Shown here: piece after piece, positions 50,715 to 63,581 of the stretch
Numbering within the stretch: the stretch's first letter is position 1
Layout of the letters: each line of letters begins with the position of its first letter
Assembly: GCA_964016885.1 (NCBI GenBank)
Contig: OZ024741.1
Location: forward strand, 389,794,001 to 389,858,000
Source of the DNA: Eledone cirrhosa
Lineage: Eukaryota
Direction of reading: 5' to 3'
DNA length: 64,000 bases
The notes under the pieces: model-generated
The model's database searches: none
What the model saw: the letters and a program-made list of their open reading frames with translations, nothing else
What the model was told of the DNA's origin: nothing
Made by a program: the position numbers and the translations under genes

Positions 50715-51461
50715 TTACTGATTTTGTTGTAATAACATGGTTTTATCAACTATAAATGGATCTGCCATCCCTGCACCATTTTCTGATGAAGTTTTCCAGT
50801 CATCTTTATTCACAATATAACCCAAACACTTGCTGTCATTTTCTTCTCTTGGATTTTCTGGTGACAAACATTCTTTACTTGAAGTTTTCAGTTGGTGATA
50901 CACTACTGCTTTGTTAGACTTTGGGGATTTCTGTACTTTTATGGCCTGCTTTTCACCTTCTTTTCGTTTGTCATCTTTGTTTGCAATACTAAGTTTTATC
51001 GGAGTGTATTCATAACATTCAAATGAGAATGTATGTGCCCGTGGAATGTGTTGTGATACATTAGGTTTTTCTTTTTGTTTAAGAGTTTCAATATTATCAT
51101 GTGGTCTATAGTTCCTGTTGCAAACAATTTCTAAGTTAGGATAAGTTGCAGATCGTTTTGACATTGGAACCAGGTAATCGTCTGCGCTATCATCGCTAAT
51201 TTCAATTTCAGTATTGAAATCATCCAGTTCGTAGTCGATATCTGAATCCTGTTCACATTTCTGCAAAGCAAACACTGTGTTTTTCTTTTTACAAAACACA
51301 ATGATTGCTCCTGTAATACTTACAGTAAATAATGCAAAAAGACTTGTTAAAACAAGTACAGCTGTAAAAGATTGTGTCCTATGTTGCTGATGGCTCATCG
51401 TACCCCTAATTGACTGATAATCATTAGCTTCAGAAACAGCCGAAGCATTAGTCAAATTCAT
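50715..51461 (-). CDS. Uncharacterised single-pass (type III-like) membrane protein, 248 aa, CDS within one exon
   Basis: Non-repetitive ORF with ATG start, upstream in-frame TAA (51480-51482) and likely acceptor tttcttacatAG near 51529. One hydrophobic helix FTAVLVLTSLFALFTVSITGAIIVF followed by CKKK. N-terminal sequons NLT and NAS. Acidic, Tyr-motif-rich tail. Confidence 0.75.
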   Translation of the reverse strand: MNLTNASAVSEANDYQSIRGTMSHQQHRTQSFTAVLVLTSLFALFTVSITGAIIVFCKKKNTVFALQKCEQDSDIDYELDDFNTEIEISDDSADDYLVPMSKRSATYPNLEIVCNRNYRPHDNIETLKQKEKPNVSQHIPRAHTFSFECYEYTPIKLSIANKDDKRKEGEKQAIKVQKSPKSNKAVVYHQLKTSSKECLSPENPREENDSKCLGYIVNKDDWKTSSENGAGMADPFIVDKTMLLQQNQ

Positions 51462-51807
51462 CCTCTTTTCTTTAATGTTTTAGGACTTATGGTTTACATT
51501 TGCTTTATAATTCTTGTGTTGAAATTCTCTATGTAAGAAACTAAATATAATACGTTCATTCTAGCTTCCGAACCATTCAATACTATTAGAATACTGAGTT
51601 CTATTGCCTTGCATCCCTAACCATTTCTACCAGAAAAGCATTATTTTGAATCCCCACCCATTTCTTCCAGAATCTGTTCTTTGATTAATCTTACTGAGTA
51701 TTTAAGAAAAAAAAAGCATTATTTTTCTTATGTCAAAATGTTTTCCACTTGATATAGATTATTTCAATACAATGTATTCCTCAAATTTATAAATAATATA
51801 TATATAC

Positions 51808-51843
<36 letters not shown>

Positions 51844-53969
51844 CCGTATGTTATATATGTATATTATATTATATTTATTTATATATAAGTTTATTTATAT
51901 ACAAGTATATTATGCATGTATATAATGTATTATATATATATATAGTTATAACTATATATGTATATAGTTTTTATTAGCTTTATTGATTTCTCTGCCTTTG
52001 TTTGATCTGTATATAATGTGTTTGTTTTTTATAAGATCTCGATATCAAAAATGTTTTTTTCCTTTTTCTTATTCCTCCTCAAGCAAACTGTTGTTTGTTT
52101 TTTGTTTTTTTTTCTTACTAAAGCTTCATTTCTTCTGCTATTTTTTAATATTCAGTCATATCGACTTGTTCAATGTTTTTCTTATCTTTGAAGTCAACTT
52201 AATTTTTTCATTCTCTTTTTTTAATCACCATAGTTTAGTTTCACCCTTTTTTGTTGTTGTTTTTTAAGAGATGTTTTTGCTCTTTGTTGTTTTTTAAATT
52301 TCTCGGTCTCTTGTTTGCTGTTTTCAGGTGAAATCTACTTTTATCCATTAACTTTTAATTGTCTGCTATATTTGTGCTAAGAATTCTTTGTAATTATGTG
52401 TTTCATTTCTCATCAAGTCTGTAAATGGAAAACAGTAATGGTTTTGGTCTTTAAAACTCATTTTTATGATGGAAGGGTTGGGAGGGGGTAGTTGCGATGG
52501 GAGAGATTCACTTGATTATTTTCTAGAGAAGTACACAAAATATTGATACTTGGAATATAAATGAGCAGAAGTTAAATTGTTAGATATTTGTGGAAATATT
52601 AGTTGCCTGGTAAACATCTGTTGGCTTGATGCAAGCAAGAGACCTGAAAAAGAAAAGTAAAGTTAATGATTTATTTAATTATATATGATTTATTTAATTA
52701 TATATGGTTTAAATTATTTAAGGTGCATGATTGGTATTAACATATATATTCATAGAAATGTTTCTGGGTTTTTTGGTTTTTTTTTTACACTAAAAGCTCT
52801 GGGCTTGAAATATTAATCCTTTTCATACTAAACCACTTGAAACTGCTCCTGCTTCTATGTTTATTTAAAAATAACTTTGTTTTGTTTTATTTGTCATCCT
52901 TTCCTCTTTATATATTTGTACTGCATTGTACCGGTTTTCTGAAACTTATCAGTCATTTATTACATATTTCACAATACTTCATGTTAACTATACTACTTCA
53001 TTTTAAAGCCTTTATATTTTATGTAAAATACCAGCCCAAATACCAGCTCAAAAAGGACAAAGTTTGTTAATTTGCTAAATCTCTCTAAATTTTTGATTAT
53101 TTTCAAAAGTGATTTGAAAATAATAGGCAGTTTATTTTATATAAATATAGTAATGAAAAGGTTAAAGACACAAGAAACATTTACGTGTTACTCAATATCT
53201 GCAACCATTATTTTTTACACTGTTTGCTAATGCTGACATCACTCTTAAAATTTCTACTCACGTTCTTCTCAACTAACTTCAATGAAGTTTTACATATAGC
53301 TGGGTCATTAGCTATGTCAGTTTTGGCAAATCACCAAATCACATTCATTAAACCTTTTGATACCAAACCACCTGAAATTGTCCCTGGTTCTATGATAAAA
53401 GTTGTTTGTTTTAAAGTATTTATATTTATATTTATCTAAAACCTTCCACCATAGTTTTATATAAGAACCTTTGTTAAGTTATGTTCCAAACACTGAATTA
53501 ATAGTGAGAAAATTAGTTATTTTACCAAAACCCTCCAAATTCTTGATTATTTTCAAGATGATTTGGAAATCATGCTGGCTTTAGTAATGCTGGCATCACT
53601 CTTAGTAATTTTGTTAATGTTTTTTTCAACTAACTACAATGTAGTTTTACATATATAGCTGTGTCAACAACTATATCAGCTTTGGCAAATTACAAAACAC
53701 AAATTCATTAAAGCTATTTTGATTTAGCTGTATATACTTTTAAATCGTATGTTTGAATCTCAAATGGTATTGTATGGTGGCCATGTAGCTAAGCACCAAA
53801 CTAGAAAATATTGTAAAATACATTCAAATCCTTCCATAGACGAGAAAACCTTTCTCAGCTTTTTATTTTGTGTTTATACAAAACATTGGGGGGGGGGGGG
53901 GGGGGGCTGTTTGTGTATGCCCCTCAGCTTAAAGGTTCAACAGGTTAAACCCAGTGGAATAAGTACCAT

Positions 53970-54078
53970 AGGTGCAAGCATGGTTATGTGATTAAAGAGT
54001 TCACTTCACACCCAAGTGGTTTTAGGTTCAGTCCCTGTGAGTGAAATTTGGTAGACAGAAACTGTAAAGAAGCCCACC

Positions 54079-54119
<41 letters not shown>

Positions 54120-54322
54120 AAAATATCTATCTATCTATATATGTGTGTGTGTCCATATCTGTATTTGTTTATGTCTCATAATCTAGCAGTTTGGAAAAGA
54201 AAGTTTATAAAATAACTACCACCCTTCAAAAATACAACTACTAGAGTTGATATGCTTGACTAAATTGCTTCAAGGTGGTGCCCCAACATGGCCACAGTCT
54301 AATGACTGAAACCAATAAAAGA
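53970..54322 (+). mobile_element. SINE with internal (TA)n/(TG)n microsatellite
   Basis: Degenerate tRNA-like head, ttggtagacagaaactg...agaagccc core, 3' ggtgccccaacatggccacagtctaatgactgaaac...aataaaa. Fragments also at ~21780-21830 and 30470-30560. Confidence 0.7.
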
Positions 54323-54639
54323 GTACAATGGTATGTGTTATGTGGATAGGGATGACACAGGAGTCAGAAAAATCTGTTGGATCAACAAAATTGATGTTGA
54401 TTTGGTTTCAATGTGAGGATAATGTCCACTGTGTTTAGGAAATCAGTAAATGGAAACCAATAATCAATAAGGTGAATGATAAGGAATCAATAATGAGTAA
54501 GAATAGATTATAAAAGCTAAGAAATAATTTAGTTGAGTCAGAATGACTAGTGAGAGAGAATTAACTTCTGTTGAAGTTGTAGGGACATTGTTGTTTCACT
54601 TGGTGTATCTTGGACATTTTAAGCCTAATGGTTTAAACC

Positions 54640-55350
54640 TCCCTTGCAGCTGAATGCTGAGAAGATTGGGTTACGAATTGACACCCAAAAGACCAAGGCT
54701 ATGAAGGTGGGAAGCATACCCAGCCAGGCGGCTGCAGTTAAGGTAAACCAAATGTGGCTGGCCAAGGTCAATCACTTCACGTACCTTGGCAGCAACCTGA
54801 ACAACAGTGGCGATGTTGTGCTGAACATCAACTGCAGGATTGGAAAGGCGACTGTGGTGTTCTAACAGATGCACTCAATTAGGTGAAATGCAGCCATCTG
54901 CACATACATTAAGCTGCGCCTGTACACCAGCATTGTGCTTCCCATAGCCATCTATGCCTGCAAAACATATTAACACACTGCCAAGACAGATAGGCGTCTA
55001 AACACTTTCCATCAAAGGTCTCTGTGTAAGATTCTAAAGGTCATGTAGCAAGATTAGGTTAGGAACTAAGAGATCCTGCAGAAAGCAGGTTCACGTACAC
55101 TGCAGGAGATCATCCATTTTGTGGGTCACATTTTACACCTCCCAGAACATCACCTGTCCAAAACCTGTCCTCTGAAGGCAAGTGGAAAAGAGGCTGACCG
55201 AAGATTACCTGGCAGTGGACATTCCAAAGTGACCTATAAAATGTCAACATCACCTGGCACGGATGTCAACAAACTTCCACTGACCAACAGCATTGTAGAC
55301 GATTAGTTGACTTAGGTTACTAACGGAACCAGCCGGACTAAGAGCTAAAA
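54640..55350 (+). mobile_element. Degenerate RTE-type LINE 3' fragment of another family
   Basis: IGLRIDTQKTKAM...VNHFTYLGSNL...INCRIGKATVVF, then GHILHLPEH. Confidence 0.8.
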
Positions 55351-57059
55351 TGTAAATGTTTTAGATTTATGATCATAATATTGTGGATGCGATTCCTGGA
55401 CTGGGTTGTATGTTATGCTCTTGAGCAAAATACTCCAGTACACTCAGCTGAAAATGTGTACCAGTAGTAGCTGGGAATTTAATCCTGTGATGGACTGGTG
55501 TCTTGTCTGGGGAGGGGGTCTTGTACTCTCAGTTGTTTAACACCATGGAAACCAGGATAAGCACTGGCCTGATGGGACTTCAGGCTTGAGACAGGAGACC
55601 ATCCCTTTCCAAGTCTGAATAGTGCCAGGTTCTTCCAGAGAAGGAGCGTGAGAGATAAAGGAAGAATCAACTGCCGTACTGGATTAGTACTTTATTTATC
55701 AACCTGAAAAAGCTGAAAGGCAAAGTAGACTTCAACAGGATTTGAATTCAGAGAGCAGCAGAGCCAGAACAAATACCCAATGGCTCTACACATTTTACAC
55801 TTTTCTGAATGACTAGAATAAGAAAATTAACAAGAATTGTTGAAATAGATTGTCAACCCAAATAATTTCAGAAGAAAAAGGGAGAACAAGTATATTAGCA
55901 TCACTTGTATATACTGGATGATGCAAAGAGATGGAGGGGAGGGGTCAAAAGCTTTTATATGTAATCCAAATTTTATCTTTGACTGGAGATAGGTATTTTT
56001 ACTTTTAACCCTTCTGATATCAAACCATTTAAAACTGTTCCTAGTTCTACAATACAAACTATTTGTCTTGAAATATTTATATTTATCTAAAAACCTTTCA
56101 TCATAATTTTATGTAAGAACCTTTCATAAGTTATGTTCCAAACAACCCTGGGTCTACGATACAAAGCTTTTTATTTTAAAATGTTTATATTTATCTAAAA
56201 TCATAATTTTATGTAAGAACCTAATAAATCCATCCAAACTTTTGATTATTTTCATTATTTCTTGAAAATCATAGGCCGTTTTTGTTATTTTTTGTTAAAA
56301 ATATAACAACAAAAGGGCTGAGAATCACTAATTCTGCTAATTGCAGGTAACTGTTACTATTAAACTCTGAGAAGGAATGAAAAAAAAATGTTAAAATTGA
56401 AAAGAATAATGAATGAAGACAGTTTACTGAGATTTCTTTCTCTGTCAAACAGCTCAGCAAATATTCAGTTGAACTGAACAAAAAATGCAATCATCTCATT
56501 TTGTCTCTTTGTATGTATTTTTAGAAACTGGGTGGTTTGATGATTTTATTGTTAATTTGAAGAGGTGTTGTTCTTGTTGATACTACTACTACTACCACAA
56601 CTAATGGTGCCATTGACAATAACATCACCACCATACTACTATCATCCCCATTGTATATCATTCTCCCAACCCCTCACATGCACACCATACACACAGTGAG
56701 AATCCTTGATTAATTTTGCAAGAATTTAGTTGTTGAAACCAAGATTTGTGAAGAGAGAGAGTGCAGTAATTAGATCATGTATTTTGAGAGAAATCCAGTA
56801 GTTATTTAGTGCATAACCTCCACATCACTTCCATACTTTTGTCAAGCTACTTCCATTCTTATTTGTCTAACATGCTACATCTCTTATGCTGAATTTTAAT
56901 AATTACTATTCGACCTGAAACTATAAAATATCATACTCATGAGAATTTAACCCATTTTTTTTCGAAACACCTGGATCTGTAGGTTATCATGCTCACTAGA
57001 ATTTACACCCTTTTAATATCAAACCACCTGAAACTATAGGATATCACACTCACTAGAAT

Positions 57060-57470
57060 TTAACCCTTTGATATCAAACTACCTGAAAGTGCCTCTGGTT
57101 TTATGGTAGCATTTATTTGTTTCAGAGTGTTTCTACTATCAAAAGCCTTCCATCATAATTGTAATTAAGAGCCTTTGTTAATTTATGTTCCAGCCACCAC
57201 CTTAACTCTTAACATCTTGTAATGATGTTGCTAGTATGATTATGAAAATTTGCAGTGTGAGAATAACAACTTTAATTTTTAATGTGATGAAGTCATAGTG
57301 CTATATTGTACTTTTCAAGGATGTCTTGCTAATGTGGTTTTGTGAGGTGCAAGACATTAAGAGTTGATAATGAGAAAGTTAGTAATATTACTAAATCCTT
57401 CTAAATTATTAATTATTTTGAAAATCTTAGGCAGTATCTTTCATTAGAAATATGGTAATGAAAGGGTTAA
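57060..57470. mobile_element. piggyBac-type MITE (ttaaccctttgatatcaaa ... aaagggttaa)
   Basis: TTAA-CCCTTT terminal motifs. Related ends or bodies at ~21890-22135, 36200-36305, 53060-53600, 56005-56270 and 56945-57060. Confidence 0.6.
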
Positions 57471-58380
57471 TATTGGCGAAATGGCCCAGTAGGTGTAAGT
57501 TATTGAACTACGTCCCTTCTTTTGGTAACTGAATGCTAAAGCTGGCACATTACTGCACCAGCTCCTGCAATTCTTGCACTTAATTCACCCTCCTGTTTTC
57601 TATCACTTAGTGCACTGCCCAGGCTTCTTTGAAAAGACAAGTGTCTTAGTCTTTGCAGCATTGATTTTCATTCCTGCCATGCAGCACTCAACAGTAAGCC
57701 TATCAAGAGCATGTCAGAGATCACCTTCTGACAAGTTAAGTAGTACCATGTCATCTGCAAGTTCCAGCCAACTGATCTTATGTCTGCTTGTCTTGATACC
57801 ACATCCAATCTGGCTGCATATATCAATCCTGCCCATGAAAATTATGAACAAGAAATGTGACATTACACACACTTGGCAGAATCCAACACTCACATTAAAT
57901 GGTTTCAACTTAGCACCATTTATCTGAACACAAGTACTAGAGTATTTATATAGAGACATCACGGCAACAAGAAGCTGTCCATCAATCATCTGGCTTTTTG
58001 AGGTCCTTCTGAAGAAGCCAAGCCAAAATGCAGATCCAAAAGAGACATGGTCACCTGACATGAACTGTGTCATAATGTGACCACCAATCTAACCCATCCA
58101 AGCATGGAAAAATTGACGTCAAATGGTAACTGACACAGGACCGTGATCTCTAGCGTTATGCAGTATTACAAAAGACCCTCTTTCCCATGTGCAGGGGCTG
58201 AGGCATACATCTATATGCGTCACCTTTCCTTCCATCACCCCTTCCATACACCCTACTCACGTCCTAACACTCCACCCACGTCCTAACACACCACCCTTAG
58301 ATTTACCTCCCCAATCCCCATACACCCAGTCTACACTGTAAGGTGGTTCTGTAGGTGTCACAACAAAAAGCACTTAGTAC

Positions 58381-60857
58381 ATGGGTTAAAGGTTCTGTCC
58401 CGTTGTGAGACATCCAGGTCAGAAGACCATATTTTGCTTACACAGAACTGATTTTGGCTTGATTTTTATGGTTGGATGCGCTTCCTAAAGCCAACTACAT
58501 TTACAGTGTGGACTGGGCGCTTTTTGTCTTGATACCTATACAACCACTTTACAGTGTGGACTGGGCGCTTTTTGTCTTGATACCTATACAACCACTTTAC
58601 AGTGTGGACTGGGCGCTTTTTGTCTTGATACCTATACAACCACTTTACAGTGTGGACTGGGTGCTTTTTGTCTTGATACCTATACAACCACTTTACAGTG
58701 TGGACTGGGCGCTTTTTGTCTTGATACCTATACAACCACTTTACAGTGTGGACTGGGTGCTTTTTGTCTTGATACCTATACAACCACTTTACAGTGTGGA
58801 CTGGGTGCTTTTTGTCTTGATACCTATACAACCACTTTACAGTGTGGACTGGGTGCTTTTTGTCTTGATACCTATACAACCACTTTACAGTGTGGACTGG
58901 GCGCTTTTTGTCTTGATACCTATACAACCACTTTACAGTGTGGACTGGGTGCTTTTTGTCTTGATACCTATACAACCACTTTACAGTGTGGACTGGGTGC
59001 TTTTTGTCTTGATACCTATACAACCACTTTACAGTGTGGACTGGGTGCTTTTTGTCTTGATACCTATACAACCACTTTACAGTGTGGACTGGGAGCTTTT
59101 TGTTGTCACTCCTACACAATTGCTTTACAGAGTGGACTGAGTGCTTTTTGTTGTGTCTCTTACATGACCACTTTGCAGTGTGGGCTGGGGACTTTTTTTG
59201 TGTCACCAACATGACCACTTTACAGTGTGGGCTGGGTGCTTTTTGTCTTGATACCTACACAACCACTTTACAGTGTGGACTGGGCGCTTATTGTTGTGGC
59301 TCAGGATGACTGTGTGGATTGGAGACTTGGGCAGAGGAGATGCATGGGGAATTGGGGAGGTATATATAGGGGTAGAGTGATTACAACGTGGGAGGGAAGG
59401 AGGTACATACTCGCTGCATGACTCAGTTCCTGCATATGCGAAGGTGGGTCATCTGTATTACTGCATAGCGCCAGAGATCATGGTCTTGTGCCATCGCCTT
59501 TGAGAGGTGCAATTGTACAAGGTCAGCTTTTACCACCTCATCTCAAGTCTTCCTAGGTCTTCCCACTCCATAACTTCCATCTACTTTGAGTACTCTGCAC
59601 CTTTTTATACAGCTGTCATCCTTCATCTGCAACATTTGTCTATACCAATACAATCTCCTCTCTAACATACTGCATCTGATCCCTCTTATGCCTAATTTCT
59701 CTTGCAGATCATTATGGTTTGCTGTTTGTGTATATTATTACTATTACACACCCATCGGAGCATGGAAGCTTCATTTCTTTCCAATCTTACCAGGTCGTCT
59801 ACACACAGTTCCCATGTCTCACTACCATGCAACATTGTTCTTTGTGTACATGCATCTTAGTCTGCCTCTCATTTTGAGGGAAAAACCTTTTGTAGTTAGC
59901 AGCAGTAGTAACTCCCTTAACTTTCTGCAACCCATTCTCACTCTGGCGACTGTGCTTTTTGGAACACCCTCCTCCACTGCGAATTTGGTCACCCAAGTAA
60001 AAGAAACCATCTAGTACTTCTACAGAGCCCTCTGAACATTTGAAGGAAATTGTATCCTGAGAACTCTTCTTACTTACTGCCCCTGTGCACCAACCACATG
60101 TAAAACCTGTATTCTTTGTTAGGCCACCTGAGATCCCACATCTTTTGTTTACCCTTAGTTTGCATTTGGGACATAGGATGGAATTTCTACCTACTCCTTT
60201 TCTGCACACTGAGCAAGGCCATTTCCTTAAGGAGATCTGGGCCCTGTTTTCTTTTCTACATACTAGAACTTTAGTCTTTGCCATGTTTGAAATTTCTTTT
60301 CTAATTCTGCTATAGATTCAACTATAAGGTCATCTGCACACAGGAGTTCCCATGGAAGCCAGTCTTAAACTCTTCTGTTATAGCCTGTAGGACGATAATA
60401 AACATGAAAGGACTAAGAATTAAGCACGTTAAATTCTTCACTATAGTCATTGTTAATTCTGACCTTGCTAACTATTCTTCTATACATGGCATGTATTGCC
60501 CTCACAAGCCACTGGTCTGCTCCTAGTTTTCTAAGAGCCCACCAGATAATGGAACAGCGGACTCTGTCAAAAGCTTTCTCCAAGTCCACAAAAGCCAAGT
60601 AGGGGGTTTACCTTTAGCTAGGTACTTCTGATGTTGCCTTACAAGGAAGAGGGCATCTATGGTACAAATCTAAATTACATCTCATCTAGGTTAACTTGTT
60701 CCCCAATCAGCTGTGCTATAACTCTTTGTATGACCTTCATAACCTGGTCAACCAACTTAATACCTCTTTAGTTTTCTCTGTCTAGAGCATCTCCTTTGCC
60801 CTTTTAGCAGTTGACGGTGCTGCTGCTATGCCAGTCATTGGGTATGGCACCATTTTG

Positions 60858-60860
<3 letters not shown>
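58381..60860 (-). mobile_element. Degenerate RTE LINE with expanded 48-bp array in 3' UTR
   Basis: Frameshifted RT/PHD pieces (AFVDLEKAFDRV, WPCSVCRKGVGRNSILCPKC). 5' end abuts (TA)n at ~60861. Confidence 0.9.
58493..59290. repeat. 48-bp tandem array (about 13 near-identical plus about 4 diverged units) in RTE 3' UTR
   Basis: Unit caaccactttacagtgtggactgggYgctttttgtcttgatacctata recurs every 48 bp (58541, 58589 ... 59069). Confidence 0.95.
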
Positions 60861-60910
<50 letters not shown>

Positions 60911-61074
60911 TTGTATAAATTTGATAGAAATATCCAAGAGTAAGAGCATTCAGTCTATAGGACGAGTTAAGTATAATTAGTTACAACAGTGACATATACA
61001 GCTACTTAAATTTCATTAGTTATATAAAATAAAAATGAAAATAAAAATGGCTACCTCCATTTTTAGTTTATATA

Positions 61075-61124
61075 ACAGGCTGATTGAGTTGGGATGTATA
61101 ACCCAATGAAACTTAAGTACCTGT
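61075..61124 (+). ncRNA. Type I minimal hammerhead-like motif (1-nt core insertion)
   Basis: acagg-CTGATTGA-G TTGGG atgtataa CCCAA T-GAAA-CTTAAG-TA-cctgt. Stems I and II are perfect, stem III is the palindrome ACTTAAGT, and the cleavage triplet GTA is at 61117-61119. Confidence 0.7.
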
Positions 61125-61251
61125 ATATGTTACTGTTGTAACTAATTACATATGTGTATATATATATGTATATATATATATATATATGTATGTACATATA
61201 TATATATATAGTATATACTTTCAGATGTTCAATCATCTGGCAGGAAGGTAT

Positions 61252-61294
61252 ACGTTGCTGACGATAGCTAATAAACTTGAAACTAGTACATCGT
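61252..61294 (+). ncRNA. Type I minimal hammerhead ribozyme motif, intact core
   Basis: acgttg-CTGACGA-TAGctaataaaCTT-GAAA-CTAG-TA-catcgt. Stem I pairs 5/6, stem III is the palindrome ACTAGT, and GTA is at 61286-61288. Confidence 0.7.
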
Positions 61295-61550
61295 TCCTTT
61301 GTCAGTGTTGAACAAAAGGGCAATAATGGTTGCTAAACACTGTATGGCTTAATCCGGGATGTTTGTTTACAAACAAACCGAGCATTAAAATAAATGTTTG
61401 GTAAATCCATACGTACATATATATCTGTGTGCATGTATGTATATATATACATACTACTGTACGTCTGTATACATATATGTATGTATGTATACATACTTAT
61501 ATTTAAGTAACAGCCGTACTGAGTGAGAAATGAAATTTTGTTTCATTTTT

Positions 61551-61597
<47 letters not shown>

Positions 61598-61599
<2 letters not shown>

Positions 61600-63493
61600 T
61601 CATCATCATCATCATCATCACCGTTTTACGTCCGTTCTTCCACGCTAGCATGGGTTAGACGGGTTGTCCTGTTGTGGGCAGTGTCTGGTCGGCTGACCAT
61701 GCCTTGCTCATACAGGAACTGATCTGGCTTGATTTCTACAGCTGGATGCCCTTCCTAACACCAACCTCATTTACAGTGAGTGCTGGGTGCTTTTTCGTGG
61801 CGCCTACACGTCCACTTTACAGTGTGGGCTGGGTGCTTTTTTGCCGTGGCACCTCCACGGCCACCTTGCGGTGGGGGGGGGGGGGCATATTGTTTATATG
61901 CTTCAGCATGTACCCATGGGAGGTCGGGTACCCTGTATTACTGCGTGACGCCAGAAGTCACGGTCGTGTGTCATTGACTTTGAGAGGTGTAGTTGGGTAA
62001 GGTCGGCTTTTATCACCTCATCCCAAGTCATCTTGGGTCTCCCCACTCCGCGGTTTCCATCAACTTCTAGTGCTCTGCACCTTTTTATGCAGCTGTCATC
62101 CTTCATACGCATCACATGTCCATACCAGCGTAACCGCCTCTCCTGCACGCAGCATTTGATTCCTCTTATGCTCAGTCTCTCTCTCAATTCATTTATGCTT
62201 TGTCGTTCACGTATATTACTGTTACACATCCATCGGAGCATGCAGGCTTCGTTTCTCTCTAATCTACGTAAGTCTTCCACCTTCAGCGCCCAGGTCTCAC
62301 TACCATGCAACATCGCTGTTCGGATACACGCATCATACAGTCTGCCTTTCATTCTGAGGGAGAAGCCTTTTGCAGCTAGCAGTGGTAGTAGTTCCCTAAA
62401 CTTCTTCCATCCCGTTCTTACCCTAGTTATTGTACTTTCTGAGCACCCACCTCCGTTGCTAATTCGGTCACCTAGGTAGCAGAAGCTGTCTACTGTTTCT
62501 ACAGGGCCCTCCCAGAGATTGGTGGTACTTGTTTCCTGTGGCTGTTTGCTTGCTGTTTCAGCACAGCTGCTGCATGTGAATCCTACATTCTTAATTAAGC
62601 TTCCTGAGATCCCGCTACATCTCTTGTGTACCCATTGTTTGCATTTGGGGCAAAGAATGGAGTTCCTACCTACACCTTTCCTACATACTGAGCAAGGCCA
62701 TTTCCCTGAGGGGATCTGGGTTCTGTTTTCTCGTCTACTTATAAGGACCTTAGTCTTTGTCATGTTGACTTTGAGGCCCTTTCTCTCTAGTCCCTGCTTC
62801 CAGGTTTGGAATTTATTCTCTAGTTCTACCATAGATTCAGCTATGAGTGCGAGGTCATCAGCATACAGGAGTTCCCATGGGCATCCGGTCTTAAACTCCT
62901 CCGTTATTGCCTGCAGGACTATGATGAACAGGAGAGGGCTAAGAACAGAGCCCTGGTGGACCCCAACCTGTACGCTAAATTCCTCGCTATACTCATTGCC
63001 AATCCTAACTTTGCTGACTGCTCCCCTATACATGGCTTGTACCGCTTTCACAAGCCATTCATCTACTCCTAGTTTTCTAAGAGCCCACCAGATTACTGCA
63101 CGTGGAACTCTGTCAAAGGCTTTCTCAAGGTCGACAAATGCCAAGTAGAGTGGCTTACTTTTAGCTAGGTACTTTTCCTGTAATTGCCTCACAAGGAAGA
63201 GCGCATCAGTGGTGCCCTTCCCTGGAACAAACCCAAATTGCATCTCGTCTATATTCACCCGGTCCCTAATCAGCTGTGCTATAACTCTTTCTGTTACTTT
63301 CATGACCTGGTCCATCAACTTTATACCTCTATAGTTTCCTCTATCTAGTGCATCGCCTTTACCTTTGTAGCAGTTGACAATGATGCTACTGCACCAATCT
63401 TTTGGTATGGCCCCCTCTAGTATTACCTGGTTAACGATACGTGTGGTTATAGTGTGACCTACAGACCCAGATGCCTTCAGCATCTCGGCAGCT

Positions 63494-63494
<1 letters not shown>
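61598..63494 (-). mobile_element. Young 5'-truncated RTE LINE (open RT plus PHD frame, 63494 to 61903)
   Basis: Uninterrupted frame with YADD and PHD (62563-62700). (CAT)n tail at ~61598-61620. Both ends abut (TA)n. Confidence 0.95.
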
Positions 63495-63550
<56 letters not shown>

Positions 63551-63581
63551 TATATATATATATGTGTATATATATATGTAT

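Noticed and set aside
58466-59218. 250-aa and 222-aa repetitive ORFs
   Set aside because: Translations of the 48-bp RTE 3' UTR array.
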